From positions 2,816,001-2,880,000 of the forward strand of contig OZ242260.1 of assembly GCA_965207065.1 (NCBI GenBank): a DNA stretch of 64,000 nucleotides, in the 5' to 3' direction. Positions 20,167 through 31,100 of the stretch are shown here, in pieces. The notes under the pieces were generated by a model. The model was not told the DNA's origin. It did not search any database and worked only from the letters and a program-made list of their open reading frames with translations. The stretch's first letter is position 1; every line of letters begins with the position of its first letter. The stretch comes from a bacterium (GTDB lineage Bacteria > UBA8248). The position numbers and the translations under genes were made by a program.

Positions 20167-21270
20167 GTGACCCTGGTGACTGACCAAAGCGATACACCAG
20201 GCGGTCCTATAGCAGTCGACCAACCCGGGAACGGTCCCCAACAGGTAACGACCTGGGCCGTCGGCGCTTTGGAACGTACGCGTGGTCTGCTGCGTCACGA
20301 GGTGCAGCTGCTGCTCGCCCTCGTCCTCCTCTACCTCGGGTTTTCGATCATAGAACCCGACATCTTTATCTCCATCAGGACCATCGAGAATCTCGCCAGA
20401 CAGGCGGGCGTCCTGCTGGTCGCCAGCGTCGGGCAGATGCTGGTGCTCGTCGTGGGCGGGTTCGACATCTCGGTCGGAGCTACCGCGGGACTCGCATCCA
20501 CGGCGCTCGCGCTGCTCGTTGACGATTTCGGGTTGTACGGGGCCGTTACGGCGGCGTTGGCGCTCGGAGCCCTTGTCGGCTCCGTCAACGGTCTTGTGAT
20601 CGCGTATCTGGGGGTCAATCCCTTCGTGGCTACATTGGCGATGCTGACATTCCTGACCGGGTTGTCAAACGAACTGAGCAGCGGCGCTTCGGTTCCGATT
20701 ACCGACCGGGGTGTGAGCGCGTTCGGGGCGGACGAGTGGGGGCCGCTGCCGGGGACAATGGGCGTTGGACTGGTAGTCGTATTCATTGCATACCTGCTTC
20801 TCAACCGCCTCAGGGCGGGTCTCTACATCTATGCGATCGGGGGGGGGCGCGAGACGGCGCGTCTGTCGGGGATTTCGGTCGCCCGTTACGAGGTTCTCGC
20901 CTATGCGATGTGCGGCTTTTTTGCGGCCGTCGCCGGGGTCATGCTCGCATCCAGGGTCACGCTGGGACAGGCAAGCCTCGGGGCTGGCCTGGAGCTTGAA
21001 TCCATCGCCGCGGCGGTGATCGGGGGCGCCGCGATCGGCGGCGGAGTCGGCCGGCTGCTTGGCGCTGCGATGGGGGTGGGGATCTTGACGGTTCTCACCA
21101 GCGGTCTCGAGATCGTCGGTGTTTCGGAGTTCGCGCGCCAGATGGTTACCGGCGTCGTGCTGGTTGTAGCGGTCGCCTTCAACCAACGAGGACGGCTGGG
21201 TGAATGGGCGATCTTCAAGCAAGCGAAATTACTGCTCCGCGGCCGCGGCGAACGGCCCCGCGGTCCTTGA
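20167..21270 (+). CDS. Sugar/nucleoside ABC transporter permease (RbsC family)
   Basis: GGFDISVG, PFVATLA, YAIGG...ARLSG, ELESIAAAVIGG; exact start uncertain. Confidence 0.9.
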   Translation: MTLVTDQSDTPGGPIAVDQPGNGPQQVTTWAVGALERTRGLLRHEVQLLLALVLLYLGFSIIEPDIFISIRTIENLARQAGVLLVASVGQMLVLVVGGFDISVGATAGLASTALALLVDDFGLYGAVTAALALGALVGSVNGLVIAYLGVNPFVATLAMLTFLTGLSNELSSGASVPITDRGVSAFGADEWGPLPGTMGVGLVVVFIAYLLLNRLRAGLYIYAIGGGRETARLSGISVARYEVLAYAMCGFFAAVAGVMLASRVTLGQASLGAGLELESIAAAVIGGAAIGGGVGRLLGAAMGVGILTVLTSGLEIVGVSEFARQMVTGVVLVVAVAFNQRGRLGEWAIFKQAKLLLRGRGERPRGP

Positions 21271-21306
21271 CGCAACATATCGTTTCCACTGCCAAAGGAG
21301 AACACC

Positions 21307-22428
21307 ATGCGTATGAAATATTTGATTGCCATGCTGAGTCTCGTCACGTTGATGCTTATGTTCTGGGGAGGGAGCGAGGTGAGCGCCCAGGCCATCAAGA
21401 TCAGTCCAAAAGATGCGGCCTATGCGAAGTATCAGGCGCTTTCGACGGCGAAGAAGTTGCATTCGAATCTTCCCTGCACGGTTTCTCCTACCCCGAAGGA
21501 AGCCGCTGCGTACCGCGCGCCAAAGGCGAAGCGCAGGTACACGATCGGCTTCATGGAGCCCACGCTGGCGGGACACTATTACCAGGCAGGCTCGAGCGGC
21601 GCGGTCAAGGCCGCCAAAGAGGCGGGCGTGAAGCTCGAGTTCGTTTCGGCGGGCACCGGATACGCGTCGCCCGAGCAGCAGTTCAAACAGGCCGAGCGTC
21701 TCCTGCTGAAAGGCGTGGACGCAGTCGCCGTCATCCCGACCGATATCCAAGGCGGGGTCGCAATCACCAACCTTTTCCTCCGCGAGAAAATTCCGGTCGT
21801 GATCGTGGCCACCGAGTCCAGCTCGCCGGATGCATACATGGTGATGCAGGACGACTACCAGATGGGCCGAGATTCGGCTGACCTGCTGGTGAAAGAGACC
21901 GGCCCGAATGCCGGGAAGGGCATCGTGATCGCCGGGCCGGCCAACGCCACCTGGTCTGCCAAGCGGGCGGCCGGTTTCGCGGATCGGGTGAAAGAAAAAT
22001 ACCCGGGCGTCAAGATCGCCGTCTCGGCGACGCAGAATGTCGATCCCGCCCAAGGGCTGAAATCATTCGAGAACGCGGTTCAGGCCCATCCTGATATCAA
22101 ATGGGTGTATTCGGTCTTTAACCTGCTGCTCGATCCCGACTCGCTGCCGGCGCGGTACAAGAAAGTGGCTTTCGTCACGAACGGCCTGGACCCTGCCTCC
22201 ATTCAGGATTTGAAAGAGGGTCAATACTCGACGATCATCGGCATCACACCGACTCCGATGGGGTACCAGGGGGTCGGTCACGCCGTGTCGATCCTGAATG
22301 GCGATCAGAACGTGCCCGCCCTGGTGTGCATCCCGCTGACGCGGTACACCGCAAAAGACATGCCGCCCGACAAAACGGCGGTGACGCTGGAGCTTATCCA
22401 GAAAGGGTTTGAGGTCTCGGCTAAATAA
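21307..22428 (+). CDS. Sugar ABC transporter substrate-binding protein (RbsB family)
   Basis: Signal peptide, KGVDAVAVIP, KRAAGF, type I periplasmic binding motifs. Confidence 0.88.
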   Translation: MRMKYLIAMLSLVTLMLMFWGGSEVSAQAIKISPKDAAYAKYQALSTAKKLHSNLPCTVSPTPKEAAAYRAPKAKRRYTIGFMEPTLAGHYYQAGSSGAVKAAKEAGVKLEFVSAGTGYASPEQQFKQAERLLLKGVDAVAVIPTDIQGGVAITNLFLREKIPVVIVATESSSPDAYMVMQDDYQMGRDSADLLVKETGPNAGKGIVIAGPANATWSAKRAAGFADRVKEKYPGVKIAVSATQNVDPAQGLKSFENAVQAHPDIKWVYSVFNLLLDPDSLPARYKKVAFVTNGLDPASIQDLKEGQYSTIIGITPTPMGYQGVGHAVSILNGDQNVPALVCIPLTRYTAKDMPPDKTAVTLELIQKGFEVSAK

Positions 22429-22474
22429 TGACCAACCAGCAGCGCTTCGCTCGCGAGCCTGGTGGTCGCAGAGG

Positions 22475-24013
22475 ATGGAATTGCTGAATTCCCCGGTCGA
22501 AGAACGTCGCGTTCCCGCCATCGGGATGCAGAACGTCACCAAAACGTTCCCCGGCGTAAGGGCTCTGGATCGCGTCAGTTTTGATGTCGACCACGGTGAG
22601 ATACACGCGCTGGTCGGGGAGAACGGGTCGGGAAAGTCCACACTCTTGAAGCTGATGGTGGGCGCTTTCCCGATGGACTCCGGGCAGATCCGCATCAACG
22701 GGGATGAGGTGCGGCTGCGCTCACCGCGTGAAGCCAGGAAGCGATACGGCATCAAGTTGATGCCGCAGGATGTCGAACTGTGCGGGCAACTGATTACCGG
22801 TCGCAACATCATGCTGGGCCTCGAGGGGGCGCTGGTCGACCGGAACAGGCTCTCGCGCCGCGAGCGATCCATGACGACGGAAGTCCTCCGCCTGATCGGC
22901 GCTCACGTGGATCCCCTGGTCTTGGGGGAGGATTTAAGCACACCGGAGGCCCGGTTTATCCAGATCGCCCACGCACTCTTGCCTCCGGTGAACGTGGTCC
23001 TTTGTGACGAGCCGACGGCGGTGCTCTCCGCAGTAGATGCCGAGGCGCTGCTGGCCACCCTGACCCGGATTCGGAGCGAAGCGGGTACGGCCATTGTGTA
23101 TGTCAGCCACCGGATCGGTGAAGTCCTCCAGATAGCCGACCGCATCACTATCCTGCGCGACGGCCTCAGCGTCGGTACGTTCCGGCGCGACGAGATCGAC
23201 CGGCAACAAATCATTGAACTGATGACCAAGTCCGCGCGCGCCGGCAGGCAAGGGGCGCCGGCTCAAGACGCTGCCCGGAGCGCAGCGAAAGGAGGCAAGC
23301 TGGCGGTTAAGTCGCTCAGGCTCGGTCGAAGCTTTTCAGACGTTTCGTTCGAAGTAGAGGCGGGACAAATTGTGGGAATCGCCGGCGCCCAGGGTGCGGG
23401 ATTCGGCCCGCTGCTCGCTACTATCGCGGGCCGTACTAAATACGACGCCGGCTCAATCGAACTGGATGGGGTCTCCATTCCGCCCGGATCGACCACGAGT
23501 GCGTACAGACATGGGGTCGCGCTGGTCCCTGCCGACCGGCGGCAAGCGGGCATCGTCCCATCACTCACGGTTCGGGAGAACATCGCCTTGCCCGTTTCAG
23601 GCTCGCTGGGGCGATACGGTTTCCGGCTTCGCCGGACCGAGCGGGAGACGAGCCGAAAGAGCGCTGAGATATTCGATATCAGGGGAGCCGGGTTGAACAC
23701 CCTGGCCGGGAACCTGAGCGGCGGCAACCAGCAGAAACTGGCGATTGCCCGATCCCTTCAGGGGGATCCCAAGTTTCTCCTCCTCGAAGAACCCACGCAA
23801 GGCATCGATATCGGCGCCAAGTCCGAGATCCGCCATTACATCAGCAGGCTCGTCCGTGACGAAGGAATGGGCGCGCTGGTTGCAAGCTCCGAGTTTGAAG
23901 ATCTCATCGGCTTTTCGGACGTCCTCCATGTGATGCGCCTGGGCCGGGTCGTCGCGACGTTCGACGGGAAGACGGCGACCTACTCGGATATCCTTCACGC
24001 AGCGCTCCCGTAA
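22475..24013 (+). CDS. Sugar ABC transporter ATP-binding protein (RbsA family)
   Basis: GENGSGKST, LSGGNQQK, EPTQGIDIGAK. Confidence 0.92.
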   Translation: MELLNSPVEERRVPAIGMQNVTKTFPGVRALDRVSFDVDHGEIHALVGENGSGKSTLLKLMVGAFPMDSGQIRINGDEVRLRSPREARKRYGIKLMPQDVELCGQLITGRNIMLGLEGALVDRNRLSRRERSMTTEVLRLIGAHVDPLVLGEDLSTPEARFIQIAHALLPPVNVVLCDEPTAVLSAVDAEALLATLTRIRSEAGTAIVYVSHRIGEVLQIADRITILRDGLSVGTFRRDEIDRQQIIELMTKSARAGRQGAPAQDAARSAAKGGKLAVKSLRLGRSFSDVSFEVEAGQIVGIAGAQGAGFGPLLATIAGRTKYDAGSIELDGVSIPPGSTTSAYRHGVALVPADRRQAGIVPSLTVRENIALPVSGSLGRYGFRLRRTERETSRKSAEIFDIRGAGLNTLAGNLSGGNQQKLAIARSLQGDPKFLLLEEPTQGIDIGAKSEIRHYISRLVRDEGMGALVASSEFEDLIGFSDVLHVMRLGRVVATFDGKTATYSDILHAALP

Positions 24014-24410
24014 GGGTTGTCGCTGAGGCTGCGGCGAACGGCGCCGGATTGGCGCGCAACCTCGCCGGGGCATCCTGTTCATGGAGCGACCGCAATCCCT
24101 CGTGTCTGATCTTCATCGTGCGATTGCAACGCGCAGCGCCTTGCGCCACATGCGGCCTGTTTTTATGTAGCTCAGTCTTCTTCATCGAAAGACGGCATCC
24201 GCATTTCCCCGCAATTGCTGTGTCCAAGTTTCCGCCCGTATGGAGCACAATCCCGCGCGGGAAAAATTGTTCCCGACGACTCAAGGAGGGGAGAACATGG
24301 AAACGGCGATTCGGCAACCATCGGGATTGTTCTTCTCCCCGATCGGAATCGACCCGCCCGCGTCCCGGAATCGATGGGTAAGAAATAAGCGAAAAAAGCA
24401 GAAAACAATT

Positions 24411-24452
24411 CGATAAAATTAGATAAATTCACGGGGTTTTTCGATAAATTTC
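24411..24452 (+). repeat. Left copy of a long-range inverted repeat (partner 41951-41992)
   Basis: 24421-24452 is the exact reverse complement of 41951-41982. Confidence 0.85.
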
Positions 24453-24555
24453 CGAGATAAAAAAAGCGGCGGTATGCCATAATTGCGCCTGGAAAAACCG
24501 GCGGAAATGAGGGGGGCGTGCGTCCCCGAACCGATGGCGCAAGAGGAGGCGCGAG

Positions 24556-24999
24556 ATGGGTCTGGTGAGCATCAACCATACGAGTTTCACTGTGTCGGAC
24601 GCGGTGGCGATAGCCGGGTGGTACTGCGAAATGCTTGATTTTACTATCGTTTCGGTCGATACCCGGCCCCAGGACTACAGCGAGAAGGTGACGGGCATCA
24701 CAGGCGCGGACCTGCGAATCGTCTACATCAAAGGCGGGGGCTACCACATCGAGCTGGTCGAATACGTGGGCGCGCCCGGCGTGAAGATTGACACCGCCAC
24801 GAACAACGTGGGCAGCGCGCACATCGCCTATAACGTCAATGATCTCAAAGGGATGTACGAGGCGCTGGGGCCCAAGGGGGTGAGGTTCGTCTCGCCGCCC
24901 GTGCCCGTCACGCAAGGCCCCAACACGGGCGGATTCGTCGTCTATCTCGAGGATCCGGACGGCAACACGCTCGAACTCATCGAGAGGCCGGGCGCGTAA
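24556..24999 (+). CDS. VOC family protein
   Basis: INHTSFTV, IELVEY, HIAY, DPDGNTLEL. Confidence 0.9.
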   Translation: MGLVSINHTSFTVSDAVAIAGWYCEMLDFTIVSVDTRPQDYSEKVTGITGADLRIVYIKGGGYHIELVEYVGAPGVKIDTATNNVGSAHIAYNVNDLKGMYEALGPKGVRFVSPPVPVTQGPNTGGFVVYLEDPDGNTLELIERPGA

Positions 25000-25010
25000 T
25001 CAGATAAGAA

Positions 25011-25718
25011 TCAGAGCGTTACGCTCTCCCCCGGCTCCAGGACGATGACTTCCGTATCCAGGCCGCGTTTGCGCACCTCTTGGGTGAACGCCTCTGGCGT
25101 TCCCGTCAAGTGGGGCAGGCTCGAGTGGTGGATGGGCACGACGCGCTTCGCCTCCAAGAGCTCGCACGCCAGCGCCGCCTGGCGCGCGCCCATGGTGGCC
25201 CTGTCCCCGATGGGCAGGCAGCACAGATCGGGCGCATAGAGGTCGGCGATGATTCGCATGTCGCCGAAAACGGCGGTATCTCCCGCGTGGTAAAGGCGTT
25301 TGCCGTCCTCGAAGGTGAGAATCAGGCCGCAGGGCTCGCCCGTATACTTGAGTTCCGGGCCGTAGGCGCCCCCGTGAAAGGCGTGGGTGAGGGTGAGCTG
25401 GACGCCGCCGAAATCGACCGTGCCGTCCTTTCCCATGGGCGTGGCGTGGGAGCCCAGGTCGTGTTCTGCGGCTATAGTGCGGATGAGGTCCATGTGTCCC
25501 GCCACCGGGCATGGGTTCGCCTCGAAAACGGGGATGACGTCGGCCGTATGGTCGAAATGGCCGTGGGTGAGGCAGATGAGGTCGGCTTTTTGCGGTGTCT
25601 TGAGTTCAGGCGGGCATACGGGGTTCTTCTCGAGCCAGGGGTCGATGTAGATGCGCTTGCCCCCGTCCGTTTCAACCAGAAACGTCGATTGCCCATGAAA
25701 TATCAGCGTTGCGCCCAT
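25011..25718 (-). CDS. Metal-dependent hydrolase (UPF0173, MBL fold)
   Basis: IDPW, THGHFDH, YHAGDT, LPIGD, PIH. Confidence 0.9.
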   Translation of the reverse strand: MGATLIFHGQSTFLVETDGGKRIYIDPWLEKNPVCPPELKTPQKADLICLTHGHFDHTADVIPVFEANPCPVAGHMDLIRTIAAEHDLGSHATPMGKDGTVDFGGVQLTLTHAFHGGAYGPELKYTGEPCGLILTFEDGKRLYHAGDTAVFGDMRIIADLYAPDLCCLPIGDRATMGARQAALACELLEAKRVVPIHHSSLPHLTGTPEAFTQEVRKRGLDTEVIVLEPGESVTL

Positions 25719-25759
25719 GTTTCGCATTACCTCCTAAGTGTTTGAATTACCAATGAAAT

Positions 25760-26650
25760 CTATAAGTATTCGCGGAACCAAGCCGTCGTTTCCGTGAGAG
25801 CCATCTCGAAGAGTTCCGGGTTGTTCACCTGGTAGACGTCGTTGTGGCGTCCCCTGGGAAGCATGACGATTTTCTTTGGCTCGCCGCAGGCCGCGTAGCA
25901 GGCGTGCGCTTCTGAGGGAGGAACCATGACGTCTTCTTCCCCGTAGATGAACAGGACGGGCCGGGGCGAGATTTTGCCGACCACCCATTCGGGGCGATAG
26001 CGAAAACAAGCCTCCACGCTTTCGAGGTCGAGTTCGAGCACCTCCTCGGAGCCGTGTTCTTCCAGCGTCATCGGGGGTTTGGGGTTGTCCGGGTCGTCGC
26101 TGTAGATATCGTGGCGGATGATGGTTTCCCGCTCGTTGGTGGTGACGCGCTTGCGGGCGGCTTCCCGTACCCGGGACTGGAAGGCGAGCCATTCATAAGG
26201 CCTCCTCAATGTCTTCAGCCAACGCTCGCCGTCATGCACTCCCACGGCGGAGACGGTCGCCTTCACGCGCTCATCGAACGCCGCGGCCCAGATGGCGTGA
26301 GCACCCCCAAAACTCGTGCCGTACAGGCCGATTCGCTCGGGGTCCACGCCTTCTACGGTTTGCAGACAGGTGATTCCGTCGTAGGTGTCCTGGGCCTGTT
26401 CCAGCGGGCGGTGGCGTCCGCGAGCGCCCTCGCTCACACCGTAGCCGCGATAATCGGGCGCAAGGGTGAAAAACCCCGCTTTGCTCAAGTGGGTGGGCAT
26501 GTCGATTGTGGCCAGGTTCTTTCGTCCGCTGTATCCTGTCACGCAGACGATTCCCGGTCGAGGCGGGTCACCGGGTTTCCAGTTGTCCGGGCGGTACAGA
26601 TGCGCGGCGATTTTGAGGCCGTCGCTGAAATAAGTGATATCTTCGTGCAT
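25760..26650 (-). CDS. Alpha/beta hydrolase
   Basis: DYRGYG, GTSFGG nucleophile elbow, GRH. Confidence 0.9.
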   Translation of the reverse strand: MHEDITYFSDGLKIAAHLYRPDNWKPGDPPRPGIVCVTGYSGRKNLATIDMPTHLSKAGFFTLAPDYRGYGVSEGARGRHRPLEQAQDTYDGITCLQTVEGVDPERIGLYGTSFGGAHAIWAAAFDERVKATVSAVGVHDGERWLKTLRRPYEWLAFQSRVREAARKRVTTNERETIIRHDIYSDDPDNPKPPMTLEEHGSEEVLELDLESVEACFRYRPEWVVGKISPRPVLFIYGEEDVMVPPSEAHACYAACGEPKKIVMLPRGRHNDVYQVNNPELFEMALTETTAWFREYL

Positions 26651-26860
26651 TTTAGTTTCCTTTTTAATGTATTAAATTACAATTGATTAGAGAATACCGG
26701 GTTTTTGACACACAGGGCTACTGCTGATAGGAGTAAGAAGGCATACAATACACGGTCTTTCTCGAATTTCCGAGAAACTGACGTTCCTGGAAAAGCCGCA
26801 TGGGAAGTATGTCACGGAAAGTTTGGCGCCGCCGCTTGTAGAGGAGATACTGATTAAATC

Positions 26861-28186
26861 ATGTCTCGTCAAAAAATCTTCCTCATTCTTGCCGTTCTGG
26901 TTCTTGTAGTAGGCGTAGCGATCACGAAGTTGCTGATCGAGAATCGACCAGAACCCGAGACAGTGACTCCCACCGCACCACGCAGATTCGTCAGGACCAT
27001 GCTCTTGAAAAAACAGGACAAAACCTTCTGGGTCAATGGGTTCGGAACCGTTCGGCCCAAAACGGAGCTTTCCATCGTGCCTGAAGTATCCGGGAAAGTG
27101 GTCATGCGATCATCTGGGTTCAGGACCGGCGGCTTCATCAAGAAAGGGGATGTGCTTTTCCGAATCGACCCTGCGGATTACAAACTCGCCATCGAGCGGC
27201 GAAAAGCGGAAATCGCGCAACTCAGAGCCGATATCGCTCGATTGAGGCAGGAGGAGAAGAATCACCAGGCCGATCTGGACATCACCGAACGCCATATGGA
27301 GTTAGTTGCTCAGGAAATGGAACGCAACGAAAGATTGCGAAGACAAGGCGTTATTTCTTCTGGTCAATACGATCAGTCCCAACAGAATTTCCTCAGGCAG
27401 GAGAGAACGGTTCAGTCTATCAGGAACATGCTGGCGCTGCTGCCCGTTCAGTTGAGACAGAAACGCGCGGCGTTGAGAGCGAACCAATCGGAACTCAAAA
27501 GAGCGACTCTGCAATTGTCTCGGACCAAAATCGTGGCTCCTTTTGATGCTCGGGTGCGAGAGACGGGTTTGGAAATAGGAGATTTCGCCAGTGCGGGTAA
27601 ATCCGTGGGCAAAATTTATGATGTTTCAGCACTGGAAGTCCCTGTTTCACTGCCGGTTGAGGATGCGCGCTGGGCGTTTCGCCGTATTCGGGAAGTATCC
27701 TTTCCCCGTAGCCAAGAAGAGGTAAAGCCTTTTTTCCCCGCTGCCAGGGTATCCTGGAGTCAGTTCGGCAAAAAGTTTGAATGGACTGGGCGGGTGTCTC
27801 TCGTGGATTCCGGGCTGGATGAGTCCACGCGCGCGCTCACACTCGTAGTTGAAATTTCTGAACCCATGAAAAATTGGATATCTGGAGAGCACCCTCCCCT
27901 TTTTGTGGGGATGTTCGTTGAAGTGAAAATCGAAGGCATCACGATGCCAGGCGTGTTCGTCATTCCGCGCACCGCATTGCGTGAACGGGATCACGTTTAT
28001 TTGTTGGACGAAGGGAAATTAAGGATTCAAAAAGTGGAAGTCATTCGAAAAGCTCAGGATGGCGTCGTGATCAGAAATGGAGTGAGTGAAAACGCCCGTA
28101 TCATTCTTTCCGCTGTCCCCGAGCCCGTCTCCGGCATGATACTCAACGAACAAAACGGGATTCCTGGCGGGGCATCCACGCAATGA
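26861..28186 (+). CDS. RND efflux periplasmic adaptor subunit
   Basis: EVSGKV, KGDVLFRID, coiled coil, IVAPFDA, GMFV. Confidence 0.9.
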   Translation: MSRQKIFLILAVLVLVVGVAITKLLIENRPEPETVTPTAPRRFVRTMLLKKQDKTFWVNGFGTVRPKTELSIVPEVSGKVVMRSSGFRTGGFIKKGDVLFRIDPADYKLAIERRKAEIAQLRADIARLRQEEKNHQADLDITERHMELVAQEMERNERLRRQGVISSGQYDQSQQNFLRQERTVQSIRNMLALLPVQLRQKRAALRANQSELKRATLQLSRTKIVAPFDARVRETGLEIGDFASAGKSVGKIYDVSALEVPVSLPVEDARWAFRRIREVSFPRSQEEVKPFFPAARVSWSQFGKKFEWTGRVSLVDSGLDESTRALTLVVEISEPMKNWISGEHPPLFVGMFVEVKIEGITMPGVFVIPRTALRERDHVYLLDEGKLRIQKVEVIRKAQDGVVIRNGVSENARIILSAVPEPVSGMILNEQNGIPGGASTQ

Positions 28187-31100
28187 AGCAAATTCTGGCT
28201 TGGTCTGCACGCCATACCGTTTTCGCCAACCTTTTGATGGTGATAATGATAATCATCGGCGTTTTCGCCGTTTTTCAAATTCGCAGTGAATTGATCCCTC
28301 AATTCGCCCTAGATCGGGTTAGCGTCAAAGTAACGTGGGAGGGCGCGAGTCCCATGGAGGTGGAAGAGGGAGTTTGCATCAAAATCGAAGAAGCCTTGAC
28401 CGGTGTCGAGGGGGTAAAAAAAATCACTTCGGTTGCCTATGAAGGGCGATGTGAAATTGCAGCGGAACTGCATGCCTGGATCAAGAGTTCCCGGGATTTG
28501 ATGGAAGATATCAGAAGCGAAATCGACCGCATCAAAACATTGCCCGAGGATATAGAAAGGCCCATCGTTTCGGAAGTGAAGCGGATACTTCAGGTAATTG
28601 ACATCTCATTGTTTGGCAATGTTTCGGAAGAAGTCCTGAAACGAAAAGCCACGGAGATCAAAGATGAATTGCTGGAAATGCCCAACATTTCCAAAGTAGT
28701 TTTGAGCGGCTTGAGAGATTGGGAAATATCAATCGAAGTTTCAGAGGAGATGTTGCGCCGCTTTGGGCTCACTTTTGAGCGAGTTGGAAATATCATTCGC
28801 AAAAACGTGCTTGAACTCTCGGGTGGGGATATCCGTTCTGCGGAGCGAAGAATCAGAATCAGGACATTGGGGAAGCGTTACACGGGTCTGGAATTCGAGC
28901 GGCTTGAAATACTCACCCGACAAGACGGTACCATCTTGAGACTCGGTGATATTGCTCGAGTGGTCGACGCTTTTGAAGAAAGCGATAAAACGGGTCGGTT
29001 CGATGGGAAACCGGCTGCGCTCATCACGGTGTATAGAACCGATGAGGAAGATGCGCTTTCGATTTCTAAAGCAGCAGTTGGATACGTTAAGAAAAAGCGC
29101 GAGGAATTACCTGAAGGGTTGGATTTGGTCCATTGGGCGGATACCTCGCGTTTGATACAGGACCGGCTCGATCTTTTAATGAGAAACGGGCGCGTCGGAC
29201 TCGTTTTGGTTTTCTTCTCCATGTGGTTGTTTTTAAACATTCGTCTTTCATTTTGGGTGGCCATGGGAATTCCCGTCTCCCTGTTGACGGCGCTCGGTTT
29301 TTTGAATTTCACCGGCGGTACTCTCAATATGCTCTCGATGTTCGCCTTCATCATGGTTTTAGGGATACTGGTGGACGACGCCATTGTAGTGGCTGAAAAT
29401 ATCTATTCCCATATGGAAAGAGGGAAGAATCGCGTTCAGGCCGCTATCGACGGCTGTTATGAAGTTGTCCTGCCGGTTATCGCCACTGTCGTGACATCTA
29501 TTGTGGCTTTCGCTCCCTTGCTTATGGTGGAAGGAACTGTCGGGAAATTCATGGCGGTGCTTCCGGCGGCTATCATCGCCGCGTTAATCGCTTCTCTTAT
29601 CGAGTCATTATTTATTCTGCCGGCTCATTTGGGTCATTGGGTGAGGTCGCCCAGGTCGGGTGGAATATCAGCGCGCGTGAGGAAAGCCATCGATAGTGCA
29701 ATCAACTGGCTTATCTATCGGTTTTATGCGCCGATTCTGAAATTTTGTCTCAACGCCAGATATCTGGTCATCTCTCTGGCTTTGGTGGTTTTTATGGTGA
29801 CAGTAGGATTGGCTGTGGGTGGGCATGTGAGATTTTTGTTTTTCCCTAAGCTCGATTCCGATTGGGTGGAAGCCAGAATTCTGTTCCCTCCGGGAACCCC
29901 GATTCGGCAAACGCGAAACGCGGCGCAAAGGATTGAGCAGGCAGCCGTTGCCCTTGATGAGGTTTTTCGTTCGAAAACGGGTGAGCCGATCGTGAAACAT
30001 ATATTCACGACGCTGGGCGAGCAATTTGGCCAAAACCGTGAGCGTGTCGCGGGGGGCAGCCATATGGCGCATTTGATTGTGGAGTTGCTGCCCTCGGAGG
30101 CCAGAGGAATTAGTGGGGAGGAAATTACAAACCGCTGGCGCGAAAATACAGGAAAAATTCCGGATGTATTGAGCCTAACTTTCGGTTCCGGGAGAGCCGG
30201 CCCGCCTGGCGGTAAACCTATCGATGTGCAGTTCTATGGTGATGACATCGAGACATTGAGAAGTGTATCCACGGAATTCAAGCGGGAGTTAACAAAATAT
30301 CCTGGTATATATGACATTCAAGATGACTTCAGGCCCGGAAAGCTTGAATTCAGAACATCATTGAAGCCACAGGCGCGGGTGCTTGGCGTGAGCCTCGATG
30401 ACTTGGGGCGTCAGTTGCGCGCGCGCTTTTTCGGGCTGCAGGTCCTGCGTCTACAACGCGGCCGGGATGACGTGAAGGTCAAACTTCGCTATCCGCCCGA
30501 GGAGAGGCGCTCTATCGAAGACATCAGGAAAATGAGAGTCAGGGCGTCCTCAGGGGCCGAAATCCCTTTCCATGAGGTGGCGGAAGTCGAGATGGTTCAA
30601 GGGCTTGATGAAATCAGGCGTGTGTCCAGAGCAAGGGCGATCAACGTAACAGCTGAAATCAACCAGGGCCGGGCCAATCCCACCGAGGTTCTGAACGACT
30701 TGAAGGCGAATTTCTTCCCAAAGTTCCTGAACCGCCAAAACGGAGTAGGGGTTAGATTCGAAGGTCAGGCAAAAGAGACGCAGGAGTCATTCAACAGTCT
30801 GTTTCGCGCCTTTGCGCTAGCGATTGCCGTCATTTTTGCGATTTTGGCCACTCTGTTCAGAAGCTATTTCCAGCCCATAGTCGTCATGAGCGCGATTCCG
30901 TTTGGGATTGTTGGCGCCATTTGGGGGCATATCATCCTAGGGTACGATATCTCGATATTGAGTATGTTTGGCATCTTGGCGCTTACCGGGGTTGTGGTGA
31001 ATGACTCTTTGGTGCTTTTGGATTTCGCAAATCGGAGTATCAAAGACGGAATGCCGATAGAAGATGCGCTACAGCAGGCCGGTGTCGCAAGATGGAGAGC

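Noticed and set aside
24297-24416. 39-codon ORF with strong AAGGAGG RBS partly inside a hairpin
   Set aside because: No recognisable protein features; it runs into the repeat; insufficient support
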